From the NCBI GenBank assembly GCA_963705705.1, contig CAVPKK010000004.1:96668-160667 (forward strand): a stretch of DNA of 64,000 nt, written 5' to 3'. Made by a program: the position numbers and the translations under genes. This stretch comes from an uncultured bacterium. Its GTDB lineage: Bacteria; Babelota; Babeliae; Babelales; JABCYS01. Under the pieces are notes generated by a model. The model was not told where the DNA came from. It made no database searches and saw only the letters and a program-made list of their open reading frames with translations. This document shows positions 10,231-25,221 of the stretch, one piece after another. Within the stretch, counting starts at the first letter, position 1; every line of letters begins with the position of its first letter.

Positions 10231-10980
10231 TTAACAGGAAGGAATATCGTTAACGCTTATGGCATCATCAACTTCGTATAACCCAATTGCGATGCGACGT
10301 AATGTAGTTACATATGCTCCGCATCCCAACTTCTCACCAATGTCCCGAGCTAGAGAACGGACATAGGTTCCCTTAGAACACCACAGCTCAAAAGAAACAA
10401 AGGGGACCTCAATATGTGTAATCTTTAGCTGATAAATCATGACAGGACGCGACTGCAAAACCACTGTCTGCTCTTGGCGGGCCAGGTCATATGCCCGTGA
10501 ACCATTAATTTTGATTGCCGAGTATATTGGCGGGGTTTGTGCAATACAGCCAATAAAATCTTTTGTTATGTGGCTGACGTCTTTTTCTGTAATAAATCCG
10601 ATATCTTTCAGATTCTCTTCTGGCATTTGCGCATCATCAGTTTTAGTGGTCGCACCAAGTTTAATAGTGAAAGAATAGCCCTTGGGTAGGCCCTGAAATT
10701 GATCAATTGATTTTGTTGCCTTACCACACGCGATAATTAAAAGACCGCTGGCCAATGGATCAAGTGTTCCCGCATGGCCAACCTTTTTTATCTGTAGTTT
10801 CTTACGAACCGCATAAACAACATCAAAAGAGGTGGGACCAACCTCCTTATCGATTAAAATAAAGGCGCCATCATTTTTTGCGGATGCAAGCCATCTATTG
10901 AATTGAGGCAAGTTTGATTTGGTAAGTATTGGAATATTGTTTTGTATTAATTGCATTGTTGTTTGTAAAAAAATGGACAA
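10231..10980 (-). CDS. truB: tRNA pseudouridine(55) synthase (no C-terminal PUA domain; start uncertain)
   Basis: IDKE.GPTSFDVV, KVGHAGTLDPLASGLL, PPIYSAIKING.RAY.LAR, CSKGTYVRSLARDIG. Confidence 0.95.
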   Translation of the reverse strand: MSIFLQTTMQLIQNNIPILTKSNLPQFNRWLASAKNDGAFILIDKEVGPTSFDVVYAVRKKLQIKKVGHAGTLDPLASGLLIIACGKATKSIDQFQGLPKGYSFTIKLGATTKTDDAQMPEENLKDIGFITEKDVSHITKDFIGCIAQTPPIYSAIKINGSRAYDLARQEQTVVLQSRPVMIYQLKITHIEVPFVSFELWCSKGTYVRSLARDIGEKLGCGAYVTTLRRIAIGLYEVDDAISVNDIPSC

Positions 10981-11012
10981 AAAAATAACCCCGAGTGTTG
11001 TCTCGAGGTTAT
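10979..11012 (-). terminator. rRNA operon terminator
   Basis: ATAACCTCGAG-loop-CTCGGGGTTAT plus T-run on the minus strand just after 5S. Confidence 0.8.
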
Positions 11013-11017
11013 ATAAA

Positions 11018-11134
11018 AACCTGGCAGTACCTACGTTCCCAGGCCGTTACCAGCCAAGTATCATCGGCGTTGCAAGCTTAACTTCCGTATTCGGAATGGG
11101 AACGGGTGTTTCCCTGCAACTATACCCACCAGAA
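11018..11134 (-). rRNA. rrf: 5S rRNA
   Basis: Reverse complement CTGGTGG...GAAACACCCGTTCCCATTCCGAATACGGAAGTTAAG...CTGCCAGG. Confidence 0.95.
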
Positions 11135-11270
11135 ACTTTCAAAATCTTTCTGGAGTTTAACTCCATAATCGATTCGTTAATTTGTTTCTTACTACCCTAA
11201 AAGGGTCTTGTGTTCTTTGAAATATTCGTGACCGCGTATTCGTAATTTGCCTTAGATTTTATATAAAACG

Positions 11271-14288
<3,018 letters not shown>

Positions 14289-14372
14289 ACAAAATTACTG
14301 AAAATTTTGCTTGAGAAAAATTTACATTTTTCTCGCTCTAGGCTTGGATTATTATTTCCATTAAAAATACTT

Positions 14373-14400
14373 GGTCACGAATATTTCAAAGAACACAAGA
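14373..14400 (-). promoter_or_regulatory. 23S processing stem 5' arm containing a boxA-like sequence (pairs with 11206-11233)
   Basis: Perfect 28-bp inverted repeat TCTTGTGTTCTTTGAAATATTCGTGACC flanking 23S. Confidence 0.8.
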
Positions 14401-14497
14401 ACTTTTGTTACTACTACTCTCACTGATGATGTATATGCACTAGACAGTAATTAGCGGAAAGCCGCTTCTTATGAATTCTCTTAGGTTTTTTGTTTTT

Positions 14498-14573
14498 TGG
14501 TGGAGATGAGCGGGCTCGAACCGCTGACCTTCCGTGTGCAAGACGGATGCTCTACCAACTGAGCTACATCCCC
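14498..14573 (-). tRNA. tRNA-Ala(TGC)
   Basis: GGGGATGTAGCTCAG...TCCGT-CTTGCAC-ACGGA...GGTTCGAG...CCACCA, in the rRNA spacer. Confidence 0.97.
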
Positions 14574-14596
14574 GAGCACCCAAAAATTTTATATAG

Positions 14597-14672
14597 TGGT
14601 GGGCCTAAGTCGGATTGAACGACTGACCTCCCCGTTATCAGCGGGGTGCTCTAACCACTGAGCTATAGGCCC
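14597..14672 (-). tRNA. tRNA-Ile(GAT)
   Basis: GGGCCTATAGCTCAG...CCCCG-CTGATAA-CGGGG...GTTCAATC...CCACCA. Confidence 0.97.
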
Positions 14673-14781
14673 TTGAATCCAAAAGGGCGCCTACGAAATC
14701 TGCAAGAACTTTCTCGCAGTTGTTTTTCACACCTAAATATTATATAGATGAACTGTTTGAGTTCATCATGAATCTCCCTCG

Positions 14782-16328
<1,547 letters not shown>

Positions 16329-16620
16329 AAAAGTTTGAAAATGCTCGAATGTTATCGCAAATTTCGTAGGCGAATCTTAAAAAATTATATATTTGCCTAT
16401 TAACTCAAAAAACTCAAAAGAGAATTCTGTCTTGTGCATATCAAAGAACTAATCGACGGCTATGCCGTCAAATTTTGCGTTGGTTGTAGGGTTGCCCCTA
16501 ACCACGTCTTGTAATTTTTTGGAATTTCTTTCACCAACAGGTGGACCGTTTGGTCCTTGATGTGACAACGTTCATTTCGTTTCGCTTGTTGCTCGCTGTC
16601 TTTGGTGAAAAGTGGAGGTA

Positions 16621-16648
16621 ATTGTACCTGAACTTTTCGCCGCGTCAA
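16621..16648 (-). promoter_or_regulatory. Sigma70-type rRNA operon promoter
   Basis: TTGACG-16 nt-TACAAT on the minus strand, about 300 bp upstream of 16S. Confidence 0.7.
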
Positions 16649-16657
16649 CTGTCTTTT

Positions 16658-17320
16658 TTAAAAACTTTTATCGGCTCGCAGTCTGGTCTCAACAATTTGC
16701 TTTAGATTTTCAACCGCCAGCTCAAAATCCTCATTCTCAATTGAGCACTGATACAAGGGATTCGTTACTTCTTCAGCTATTTCTTGTGCCGCACGGCGCA
16801 ATCTTCGATCAACTTGCTCACTTGTTTCCGTCCCTCGTTTTATAAGGCGTTCTTCCAAAGTTTTCAGGGAGGGAACGGTAACCCAAATGAGGAGAGCATT
16901 GGAAAAAAGGGCCTTTAATCGGCTTGCCCCGTGCCTATCGATCACTAAAAAGCCAGATCTCCCGGCCGCCAATCGCTCTTTAACCTCTTTGTGGGTTCCA
17001 TAATAGGTACCAAGAGCATCGCTCACCTCTAAAAACTCGCTGGCTGCTATTTTTACCTTAAAGGCATCGGGTGAAAGAAAATAAAAATCCTTACCATGCT
17101 GCTCACCTTGCCGCGGGCTACGAGAGGTATAGGTGACAAACCTCTCTACAGAGTATCTGGACTGCAATCTATTAATCACTTCTTCAACCAGACTACTTTT
17201 ACCCGCTCCTGAAGGGCCTGAGAGAATAAATAACGTACCTGGTTCGGATGAAGTCGGTATATATGATGGTTCTTGTATCATTATATGGCGCTTTATAGTA
17301 AGTAGAGAGTGCCTATACAT
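16658..17320 (-). CDS. gmk: Guanylate kinase (true start probably further downstream)
   Basis: LSGPSGAGKSS, TYTSRSPRQGEQHGKDFYF, YYGT, PSLKTLEERL.KRGTE. Confidence 0.95.
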   Translation of the reverse strand: MYRHSLLTIKRHIMIQEPSYIPTSSEPGTLFILSGPSGAGKSSLVEEVINRLQSRYSVERFVTYTSRSPRQGEQHGKDFYFLSPDAFKVKIAASEFLEVSDALGTYYGTHKEVKERLAAGRSGFLVIDRHGASRLKALFSNALLIWVTVPSLKTLEERLIKRGTETSEQVDRRLRRAAQEIAEEVTNPLYQCSIENEDFELAVENLKQIVETRLRADKSF

Positions 17321-17451
17321 TAGTATGGCCGGCTAGATATGCAAATGCCCATCCAATAAACTGAAATCTACTATGCCCATTTTAGAACTGATAGCGGATT
17401 GTCTGACTTTCACTTTTTATCGTAAGAAAGCCGTTTTTCACGCGAGTGCGT

Positions 17452-17479
17452 TTGACTTTGCGCTAATGGCCGTTACACT
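17452..17479 (+). promoter_or_regulatory. Putative promoter of tRNA-fMet
   Basis: TTGACT-16 nt-TACACT. Confidence 0.6.
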
Positions 17480-17525
17480 TCCCTTTACTCTTCAGCATTT
17501 TCGTTAGCTGTAACACAAAAATTAC

Positions 17526-17602
<77 letters not shown>

Positions 17603-17667
17603 AATTAGCTTAGCAAGACATGCAAATAAGCGAAGCGAAATTTAAACGATGTTAATCATCAATTAAT

Positions 17668-17703
17668 ACCCCGGCCAAATTGGCTGGGGTTTCTTTTTGT
17701 TTT
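17668..17703 (+). terminator. Intrinsic terminator
   Basis: ACCCCGGCCAA-A-TTGGCTGGGGT followed by a T-rich tail. Confidence 0.8.
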
Positions 17704-17821
17704 CACATAGCCTTTTTAAGAAAATTTCTTATGCTTGGTGCCCACCCAAGCCTGCATACCCTATTATTCCTACAAAAATATTCTTCCCACAGCAGGACAG
17801 GGCCGATGTTAAAGGACCATT

Positions 17822-20389
17822 ATGCATCTACGTCTTCTCATTGTTCTTCTTATCAGCATAACGCAAATATTTGCCGTAAAAACGATTAAATACAACGATA
17901 GCAAAGCTACCACCACCCTTCCGATAGAAGTATGCCAATACGACCCTGTATCTACCTTTATATGTATAGGAGCTGCGCTGGCCGAACCTGAAAATGAATA
18001 TGCAATCGCCGGATGCACCCTTTTTGGCGGTATGGGAAATAACCTTGCGCCATTTGCGCCAACCAAAACATCAATAGATAATAAACCGACCGATACAAAC
18101 CCCCTCTGCGGTCAAAAAATTAATCATCTTCGCCTCGTCTCACATATGGGCAAGGCACTCCCAGTCGTAGTTACTGATAAAAATCCAAACATTATTTATT
18201 GTGTTCTTGATCCTGCCCATCTGCTTATTACCCCAACATTGCACGATGCAACGGGCGCAGACGCCGCAAAAATAGTATCCTTCGCCAATGCAGGCAATGT
18301 ATTATTTGCTGCGGTACAAAGCGATAATGCAAACCTTGGTGAAAAAGGAACTGGTATTTGCGTTGCTCATTTTGAAGACGTCAACGGAAAACCAACCGCC
18401 ATGATTTCCCCGAAAGCGACAGCACTCGATATAACGAACCCTGCTCTAAAAATTAATCATGATCTTTCTGCGATCTCCCGTATTACAGACATGCACTGGG
18501 ATAATAGATTGCAACGACTCTATATTGGGATAGACGCAGAGGCCGGTGATCACCCAGATGCGGGTGCACGTGCAATTGCCGTAGGTCGTTTAGTTACTGG
18601 CACAATGATTATTGATTCATTTGTGCCAACACATGCAATTGAAAGAAACATTGATCAAATTATTGGTAGCATTGGCCAACGATCTGCCGTTACGATACAA
18701 AAAATTCGAACACTATTCACAAGTACACGGCTTAATTATCTGATCGTAGCCCGGTCAGAAGACAGTGCGGATATTCATCAATCATCTATATATGCTTTAC
18801 CGTTGGTTGATTTACAGGCGATAGAGAATAAAAGATTTAATCTCAGCACTAAGCATGGAACTTTAGCCAATTGCCATAGTTTGCCTGCAGATCGCTTTTT
18901 CCAAAATTATCCGCATCAATTGCTCGGACGTGGCTTTACCGAGGCGGCAACAAATGCAGAACAAGTATTAACCGCTGACAATCCTGCAGCGATGGTAGGT
19001 GGCGGTCCATTGCCATTAGGTGATGATGAACAGATAAATGACCTTTTTGTGTATCGCGATTCAGTGTATGCAGCATTATCATCAGTCATTTTCATGTCAC
19101 AAGCACTATTTGATGAGCATGGCCGCATAAAAAATTGGACCTCATGGCAACGAGTAGTAACATCAAATGATCAAATTATCGCCGCAAGCCGCGATGTACA
19201 CGACGGGCTCAACGGTGTTGCACGAGCTCCACGGTTTATATATCTCACAAAGTCTGCAGCTGGCGAATATGCTATTAAACATGGATCCTGGAACTCTATA
19301 GTAGAACATCCATTGCTCAAAAAACTCAATGAAGAGTTTCCTAAAGAAGTTGGTGGCATACAAGAATTAAAAGAATATGGCAAAATACTCACGGCGCTTA
19401 ACAAGAACAAAGTCGTGATCATAGAAAACAATGAAATAGAGACTATTGCGAATGAATACATTAACGCAATAATGCCGCTCAGCACCGCTCTCTTCCTAGA
19501 TAACTGCTGCAATGAACGCGACCTATTTGTTGGCGGTGCACAAGGTCTGGTAGCTATTTCTCTATGGAAAGAACAACAGCCAAAACAATTACATACAGTT
19601 ATCGGCAATTACCGCCATATCAGATCACTACAGTGTGATGATTATTATTTATATGTGCTGACCAACAACACCTTTGATCGCATTGATCTTAATGATATTG
19701 AACAAGCGTTTACAAGCAATAAAGCAATTCCAATATGCACACTCGCAACACCGGCAGCATTAAACATGCCATTTGGCAGTTTCGCCGATGCCATCGTTTC
19801 TTCTAAATTAGGGTTGCTTGCTACCAGCTTTGGCCTATTCCGCGTTGGCAATGGCTGCGATATTACGCGCGTGGCAGTCGCTTCACCAGCGGATTTAGCA
19901 TGGACTCGCGTTAATCTTCCTGAAATGAGTGAAGCAGGTTCAATTAGACAACTCCTATCAATCACACCACCACATGCTCTGGCCCGCAACGGAATGCTTT
20001 ACGTGCTTGCTCAATCTGCCACGGCGAACTCATCGCGTGTGTATCGTCTCTCTATTGCAGATGTCGATGCCACGCAAACGCCTATTGATGATGCTACGGT
20101 ATTACCGATCAATGACTGTTTTGTAAAAGGCTCACCATCATTTTTTATCGAGTTTGGTTCTCGTCGCAGCTTTATTGCAACGGATGGTGCTGTTATCTTT
20201 GACGCACAGCAAAACCAAGATGCAGGAACGGATCTCTTTCAATATGGATCCCCAACAGTCGCCGATATTCAAGGACAACGAAAAAACAATAAAATTCTCG
20301 CATCCACTGGAATTATGCATATGCCAGTGCGCTTACCAAGCGGCGAGTTTGTAATACCAACCAGTACTGGCTTACTCGTATACGAATAA
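17822..20389 (+). CDS. Large secreted hypothetical protein (beta-rich, possibly beta-propeller)
   Basis: 855-aa ORF, signal peptide, AAGGA SD, short-strand motifs such as LFVGG..GL, YLYVLT, LLATSFGLF. Confidence 0.7.
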   Translation: MHLRLLIVLLISITQIFAVKTIKYNDSKATTTLPIEVCQYDPVSTFICIGAALAEPENEYAIAGCTLFGGMGNNLAPFAPTKTSIDNKPTDTNPLCGQKINHLRLVSHMGKALPVVVTDKNPNIIYCVLDPAHLLITPTLHDATGADAAKIVSFANAGNVLFAAVQSDNANLGEKGTGICVAHFEDVNGKPTAMISPKATALDITNPALKINHDLSAISRITDMHWDNRLQRLYIGIDAEAGDHPDAGARAIAVGRLVTGTMIIDSFVPTHAIERNIDQIIGSIGQRSAVTIQKIRTLFTSTRLNYLIVARSEDSADIHQSSIYALPLVDLQAIENKRFNLSTKHGTLANCHSLPADRFFQNYPHQLLGRGFTEAATNAEQVLTADNPAAMVGGGPLPLGDDEQINDLFVYRDSVYAALSSVIFMSQALFDEHGRIKNWTSWQRVVTSNDQIIAASRDVHDGLNGVARAPRFIYLTKSAAGEYAIKHGSWNSIVEHPLLKKLNEEFPKEVGGIQELKEYGKILTALNKNKVVIIENNEIETIANEYINAIMPLSTALFLDNCCNERDLFVGGAQGLVAISLWKEQQPKQLHTVIGNYRHIRSLQCDDYYLYVLTNNTFDRIDLNDIEQAFTSNKAIPICTLATPAALNMPFGSFADAIVSSKLGLLATSFGLFRVGNGCDITRVAVASPADLAWTRVNLPEMSEAGSIRQLLSITPPHALARNGMLYVLAQSATANSSRVYRLSIADVDATQTPIDDATVLPINDCFVKGSPSFFIEFGSRRSFIATDGAVIFDAQQNQDAGTDLFQYGSPTVADIQGQRKNNKILASTGIMHMPVRLPSGEFVIPTSTGLLVYE

Positions 20390-20428
20390 AAACATCACTA
20401 CATAGATACGATCACATGAGAATAATTC

Positions 20429-21700
20429 ATGACCCAAAATAAAAATTTAATAATTATCGCCGCACTTATTTGCAGCGGCTCTGCATATGGCATTTTCCCA
20501 CTCAATCTTTGGCAAGCAGATGACATCAACCTCTGGCGCCCCTCTTGGCCGCGCCATACCCGGTTTGATATCAACGTGGCCAGTGAATTTGGTATAAAAA
20601 CAATTGGTCGTGCAGCTTGCGAGCAAACCTGCGATCCTGGTCTAGATTTAGGCAAGGTAAATGTATTCAAAGTATGGCAGCCAGAGCAGAATGCCTTAGC
20701 CATGCTCAGAGGTTTTCCACCTCATTCCGCGATTGGCCAATTGGCACAGGAGCTCGATGCCAATCATGATTGCGGCCCGCGTGGCAAATTCGATGTTTGC
20801 GGTGATCTTGATGTTGTCCAGCACACCGTTATCGCTACTCGTTTCAAATTACATCATCATGTAACGTTCGGATTATATTTCCCTTTTACAACATTAAAAG
20901 CACGTGCAAAATTTACCGATCTTACCCCAGATGTAACAGGCCTCGATCAACTTACAAAAGAACTGCTTACCGATAATTTTGCTGAAAATGTGTATCGCCT
21001 TGGCTGCCTAAATTTATCTCCCTGGAGCCGCACGGGCGCTGGGGATCTTGCAGCAGTACTCAGCTGGGATCGTTGGTTTCCTCAACACCGTCCCATATTG
21101 AAAAATGTTGGAACGAGTTTGCGTGTTGGTATGAATTTCCCCACCGGCGCGAAACCAAATATTGATGATCTATTGGCCATTCCATTTGGGAATGAATCAT
21201 TTGGTTTTATCATCGGTGCAGGTATAAAATTACAACTGACCTCATTGATGCGCCTGGGTGTTGATATTGAGTTCTTAGACTTGATCAATGCTAATCGCGA
21301 AGCACGTATTAAAACTGACGTTGAGCAAACTGATTTATTATTTTTAGCATCAACCTGCGTACTCAAAGATTTCGGATTCACCCATCGATTTAACGTGTTC
21401 TGGGAATTTTTCAAAGCAGGCTTTTCTGCGAGCCTGACGTATCAATACTGGAAACATGATGATGATAGAATCGCCGCCTTTAATAATCGCTACTCATCCG
21501 AAATTGCCAACACAGCTAAAAGCTTAGAAGAATGGACGATGCATCAATTTATTTACAAATTTAGCTATGACACGAGCACACTAGACTGCGGTAATAGATT
21601 TGGCAATCCATACGTCGCCTTCTTCTACAAACAGCCACTCAATGGCAAAAACGCATTCCTGGCACACACTGTTGGCTTGATTAGCTCGTGGGCGTTTTAA
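20429..21700 (+). CDS. Putative outer-membrane beta-barrel protein
   Basis: Signal peptide, GAGDL...GMNFPTG motif, amphipathic strands, C-terminal ..GLISSWAF beta-signal. Confidence 0.65.
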   Translation: MTQNKNLIIIAALICSGSAYGIFPLNLWQADDINLWRPSWPRHTRFDINVASEFGIKTIGRAACEQTCDPGLDLGKVNVFKVWQPEQNALAMLRGFPPHSAIGQLAQELDANHDCGPRGKFDVCGDLDVVQHTVIATRFKLHHHVTFGLYFPFTTLKARAKFTDLTPDVTGLDQLTKELLTDNFAENVYRLGCLNLSPWSRTGAGDLAAVLSWDRWFPQHRPILKNVGTSLRVGMNFPTGAKPNIDDLLAIPFGNESFGFIIGAGIKLQLTSLMRLGVDIEFLDLINANREARIKTDVEQTDLLFLASTCVLKDFGFTHRFNVFWEFFKAGFSASLTYQYWKHDDDRIAAFNNRYSSEIANTAKSLEEWTMHQFIYKFSYDTSTLDCGNRFGNPYVAFFYKQPLNGKNAFLAHTVGLISSWAF

Positions 21701-21702
21701 CT

Positions 21703-22533
21703 ATGATTAAACAATATACGTACAAACCGCTTCATTTTTTCGCGAGTGTTTTTTTTCTTACGTGGATTGCTGGATTCATAGCCGCATATGCCAGTTATCA
21801 GTCTGGCATGCAAGCGATTCAATTGCTGCTCATGCTCTTTAGCATGCTCGTACCAGCCATTGTTGCATTGACTATGATTTACTCATCAGGCAGTGGTGCA
21901 CTCAAACAAGATTTTATTCAACGGTTGTGCACTAATAGAATCAATTGGAACTATATTCCGTTCATGCTACTGCTCATGCCAATCGTTCTTTACGTGGCTA
22001 CCACCATTTCGGTTTTTTTTGGATACTCAGCAGAACAGTTCAAACTTTCGAGCGATTTTAATGTATTAAAAGGGCAAACCATCGTTGGTTTACTTTTTCT
22101 TTTGTTAGCCCCTTTGTTCGAAGAGATTGGCTGGCGCGGCTATGGTGTAGATAGTTTGAGAAGCAAATTAAATTTGTTTAATACTACCATGCTCTTTGCA
22201 CTACTGTGGGCATTGTGGCATTTACCGCTTTTTTTTATTAATGGATACTACCAAAATCAATTATGGCACACCGGTATAGTCTATGTAGTGAATTTCTTTC
22301 TCAGCATGTTGCCAGCGGCCATTTTACTTAACTGGATCTATTACAAAAATAATCGCAGTATTTGGGCAGTCGTTCTATTCCATTTCATGATCAATCTTTT
22401 TTCAGTACTTTTTAGAACAGAACAGATAACCAAATGCATCATTACTCTCCTCTTATTGGTTGTTTCTGGTGCTATTCTTTTTATAGATCAGAATACATTC
22501 TTCGCTGACTCTGCTAGGAAACAGATTCAGTAA
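21703..22533 (+). CDS. CPBP/Abi (CAAX) family intramembrane metalloprotease
   Basis: EEIGWRG, LWALWHLP, HFMIN motifs; multiple transmembrane segments. Confidence 0.92.
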   Translation: MIKQYTYKPLHFFASVFFLTWIAGFIAAYASYQSGMQAIQLLLMLFSMLVPAIVALTMIYSSGSGALKQDFIQRLCTNRINWNYIPFMLLLMPIVLYVATTISVFFGYSAEQFKLSSDFNVLKGQTIVGLLFLLLAPLFEEIGWRGYGVDSLRSKLNLFNTTMLFALLWALWHLPLFFINGYYQNQLWHTGIVYVVNFFLSMLPAAILLNWIYYKNNRSIWAVVLFHFMINLFSVLFRTEQITKCIITLLLLVVSGAILFIDQNTFFADSARKQIQ

Positions 22534-23464
22534 TGATGCCGTAGTTCACTGCTTGCTTCTTAGCAAATTGCTCTGTAACTACGCGCTCAATCATGATGCG
22601 TTTTGATTCAATCAATGAAACTTGTTCTTCATGCAATAGCAAACAACAGGTTGGTTTGCGCAGCTCCATGTACACATCTTCAAAAAACTCATGCGGCAAT
22701 TGCGTGCCGACTAAGTTTACAAAATAGCACAGGCGATGTGCCAATGACCAATATAAATCATTTAGATCATCGTGATCAATAATGATTTGAGATTCCTGCA
22801 AATCGCTCAGGGCGTTGCTAATATCACGCACGTTTGCCCATAGTTGCGGATCATTTGGATCCCAATAGATTTTGCTGAGGCTTGTTTCCAAGAAACGAAT
22901 GATTGTTCCGCGTAATGCATCAGCAGACACAGCGCTTTCTTCAGGCGCCACTGCATCTAATAATTGCTCGGCGAGCGTATCAAAAAAGCCACTTGGATCT
23001 GCCTTAAATGAATCAAAGTTGTTCAAAAATTCTTGATACAATACTTTTTTCATATCCTGTTTGCGTTGTGCGCGTGTCGTAGATTCAGCAAAGTAGTGAT
23101 CAACTAAATGGCGTAGTGAGCCAAGAAAGGTTGAAAACTCATAGGCGCTCATATATTCGCAGCCTTTTACCTTTTGACTGAACAATGACAATGTAGCGCG
23201 CGCATATTCGCGACCAAATTCCATTTGTTTGCCATGAGTCAAAAACTCGCTTAAGTTTGCCAATGATTCCGGAAGGATTTCTGCCGTATATCGTGGCGAA
23301 TTATATATCGTGGTAAAAAAGCGATTAATTCCCTCGCGAGTCATCTCGACTGGCTGAAAAAGTGAATCATAATTGGATGGATAGGTTGGAACTGTATTGG
23401 CACTCAAAGCACTTGTGCCATAAACTAGTAGTGTCCATACTATACGTGATCGGAAAGTAAGCAT
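22514..23464 (-). CDS. Hypothetical secreted alpha-helical protein
   Basis: 316-aa ORF, AGGAG SD, signal peptide ending ALSA. Confidence 0.7.
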   Translation of the reverse strand: MLTFRSRIVWTLLVYGTSALSANTVPTYPSNYDSLFQPVEMTREGINRFFTTIYNSPRYTAEILPESLANLSEFLTHGKQMEFGREYARATLSLFSQKVKGCEYMSAYEFSTFLGSLRHLVDHYFAESTTRAQRKQDMKKVLYQEFLNNFDSFKADPSGFFDTLAEQLLDAVAPEESAVSADALRGTIIRFLETSLSKIYWDPNDPQLWANVRDISNALSDLQESQIIIDHDDLNDLYWSLAHRLCYFVNLVGTQLPHEFFEDVYMELRKPTCCLLLHEEQVSLIESKRIMIERVVTEQFAKKQAVNYGIITESVS

Positions 23465-23582
23465 AGTGTCTCTCCTGGAAATACATGCTAAATTGATAGT
23501 ACGATCATAGACGGGAGATTAGATTAAAACAAGTGTCTCCTCTTTGAACTATTTTGTACTACGTAAAGAAATGTGAGAAACA

Positions 23583-24803
23583 ATGGCATTGTACGCCTAT
23601 CAGGCATACACCAAAGATGGTAAAAAAGTTTCCGGCACGGTAGATGCAAATTCATCAACCGCAGTCCGCGAGCAGCTGACCCGTTCAGGATTATACCCCA
23701 TCTCAGTCACCACGGCTGTAACTGAAGAATTAACCTTATGGCAGCGCATAAAAAATATTTTCTCGGGCCGAGTAAGCGTCAAAGACAAAATCTTGATGAC
23801 CAAACAGCTCGCCGTCTTACTTCGCTCCGGTGTGCCACTACTCGAAGCATTTGAATTACTCATTGATCAATTTGAAGGCAGACTGCGCGTAATTTTGATT
23901 TCAATCAAAGATCGATTGCGCGAAGGTTCATCACTTGCCGAAGCGCTCGCACAATTTCCGGACGTATTTGATAATGTCTACATACAATTGGTCCGCGCAG
24001 GTGAAGCTTCAGGGCGGTTGGAAATTATTTTAGAACGATTGACCGGCTACCTTGAACGTCGAGAAGAAATTACCAGCCGCGTAAAATCTGCCCTCACCTA
24101 TCCCATGATTCAGCTTGGCTTGGTGTTGCTAGTACTTATAGGTCTCATGACATTTGTGGTACCAACTATTGCCGAACAGTTCCGCCGTGGCAAGAAAAAG
24201 CTGCCCGGCACGACTGAATTCCTGATGAACCTATCTGATTTTATTCGTGGTTATTATTTACTGATTATTGCAGCTATTTTGGCCGCCGTGGTACTGTACC
24301 GCTGGTGGCGATCGACACCATCAGGCGCACGAACACTTGATAAAATTAAATTAAAGATTCCGATCGTACGATTTTTTGCACGCATGGGCGCCGTCACGCA
24401 GTTCTGTCGAACACTTGGCATGCTGATCGAAAGCAATGTAAATTTGGCAGACGCGCTTGATATTGTGTGTAATATTATTGATAACAGAATTTTGGCTGAA
24501 TCATTAATGCAGGCTCGTGAAAATATTATCAAACAGGGTCGCATAGCCCAGTATTTAAAAGAAACTAATGTTTTCCCACCGGTCGCAATCTATCTTATTA
24601 AAACAGGGGAGGAATCGGGTAAACTAGATACCATGCTACTAACGGTTGCCCAAAATTATGAGACCGAGTTAAATGATTACGCAAATGGACTGTCGACCGC
24701 CGTCACCCCTATCATGACGGTAGTGATGGGTTTAACAGTAGGATTTATTGTAATAGCAATTGCTCAACCAATGATGCAACAAGCACAACTGGTTGGCGTA
24801 TAG
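23583..24803 (+). CDS. gspF: Type II secretion / type IV pilus platform protein (GspF/PilC)
   Basis: QLAVLLRSGVPL, GSSLAEAL, VRAGEASGRL, SALTYP, GEESGKLD.ML. Confidence 0.93.
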   Translation: MALYAYQAYTKDGKKVSGTVDANSSTAVREQLTRSGLYPISVTTAVTEELTLWQRIKNIFSGRVSVKDKILMTKQLAVLLRSGVPLLEAFELLIDQFEGRLRVILISIKDRLREGSSLAEALAQFPDVFDNVYIQLVRAGEASGRLEIILERLTGYLERREEITSRVKSALTYPMIQLGLVLLVLIGLMTFVVPTIAEQFRRGKKKLPGTTEFLMNLSDFIRGYYLLIIAAILAAVVLYRWWRSTPSGARTLDKIKLKIPIVRFFARMGAVTQFCRTLGMLIESNVNLADALDIVCNIIDNRILAESLMQARENIIKQGRIAQYLKETNVFPPVAIYLIKTGEESGKLDTMLLTVAQNYETELNDYANGLSTAVTPIMTVVMGLTVGFIVIAIAQPMMQQAQLVGV

Positions 24804-24810
24804 GAGATGT

Positions 24811-25221
24811 ATGCAAATAAAATCACATTCGGGATTCAGCTTTTTAGAATTAGTTGTCGTTATAGCCATCATGGCTGTACTTGGCGCAATCGCCATACCA
24901 ACATATATGGCCTTTGCAGAAAAAGCGCGTAAAGGTACTGCCGCAGAAAACATTCGCGTATTAAAAAATGCAATCACGCAATTTAATCTCGACGTTGGAT
25001 CAAATCCGCGCTCACTGAAAGAATTAGTTGAGCGACCAACTGATGAAGCACGCAAGGCGCGCTGGCATGGTCCATATATTGAAAGTCTTACACCAGATCC
25101 ATGGGGCAACGACTATGTCTATCGCCTAACCCCTGGTCAAAAAAATCCATTTGAACTGTACTCAACTGGCCCCGCTGGTGAAGAAGGTGAAAAAGAGGCT
25201 CGCATTGGTATCGTTAATTAA
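24811..25221 (+). CDS. gspG: T2SS major pseudopilin
   Basis: G|FSFLELVVV prepilin motif, WHGPY, DPWGNDYVY, ELYSTG. Confidence 0.9.
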   Translation: MQIKSHSGFSFLELVVVIAIMAVLGAIAIPTYMAFAEKARKGTAAENIRVLKNAITQFNLDVGSNPRSLKELVERPTDEARKARWHGPYIESLTPDPWGNDYVYRLTPGQKNPFELYSTGPAGEEGEKEARIGIVN

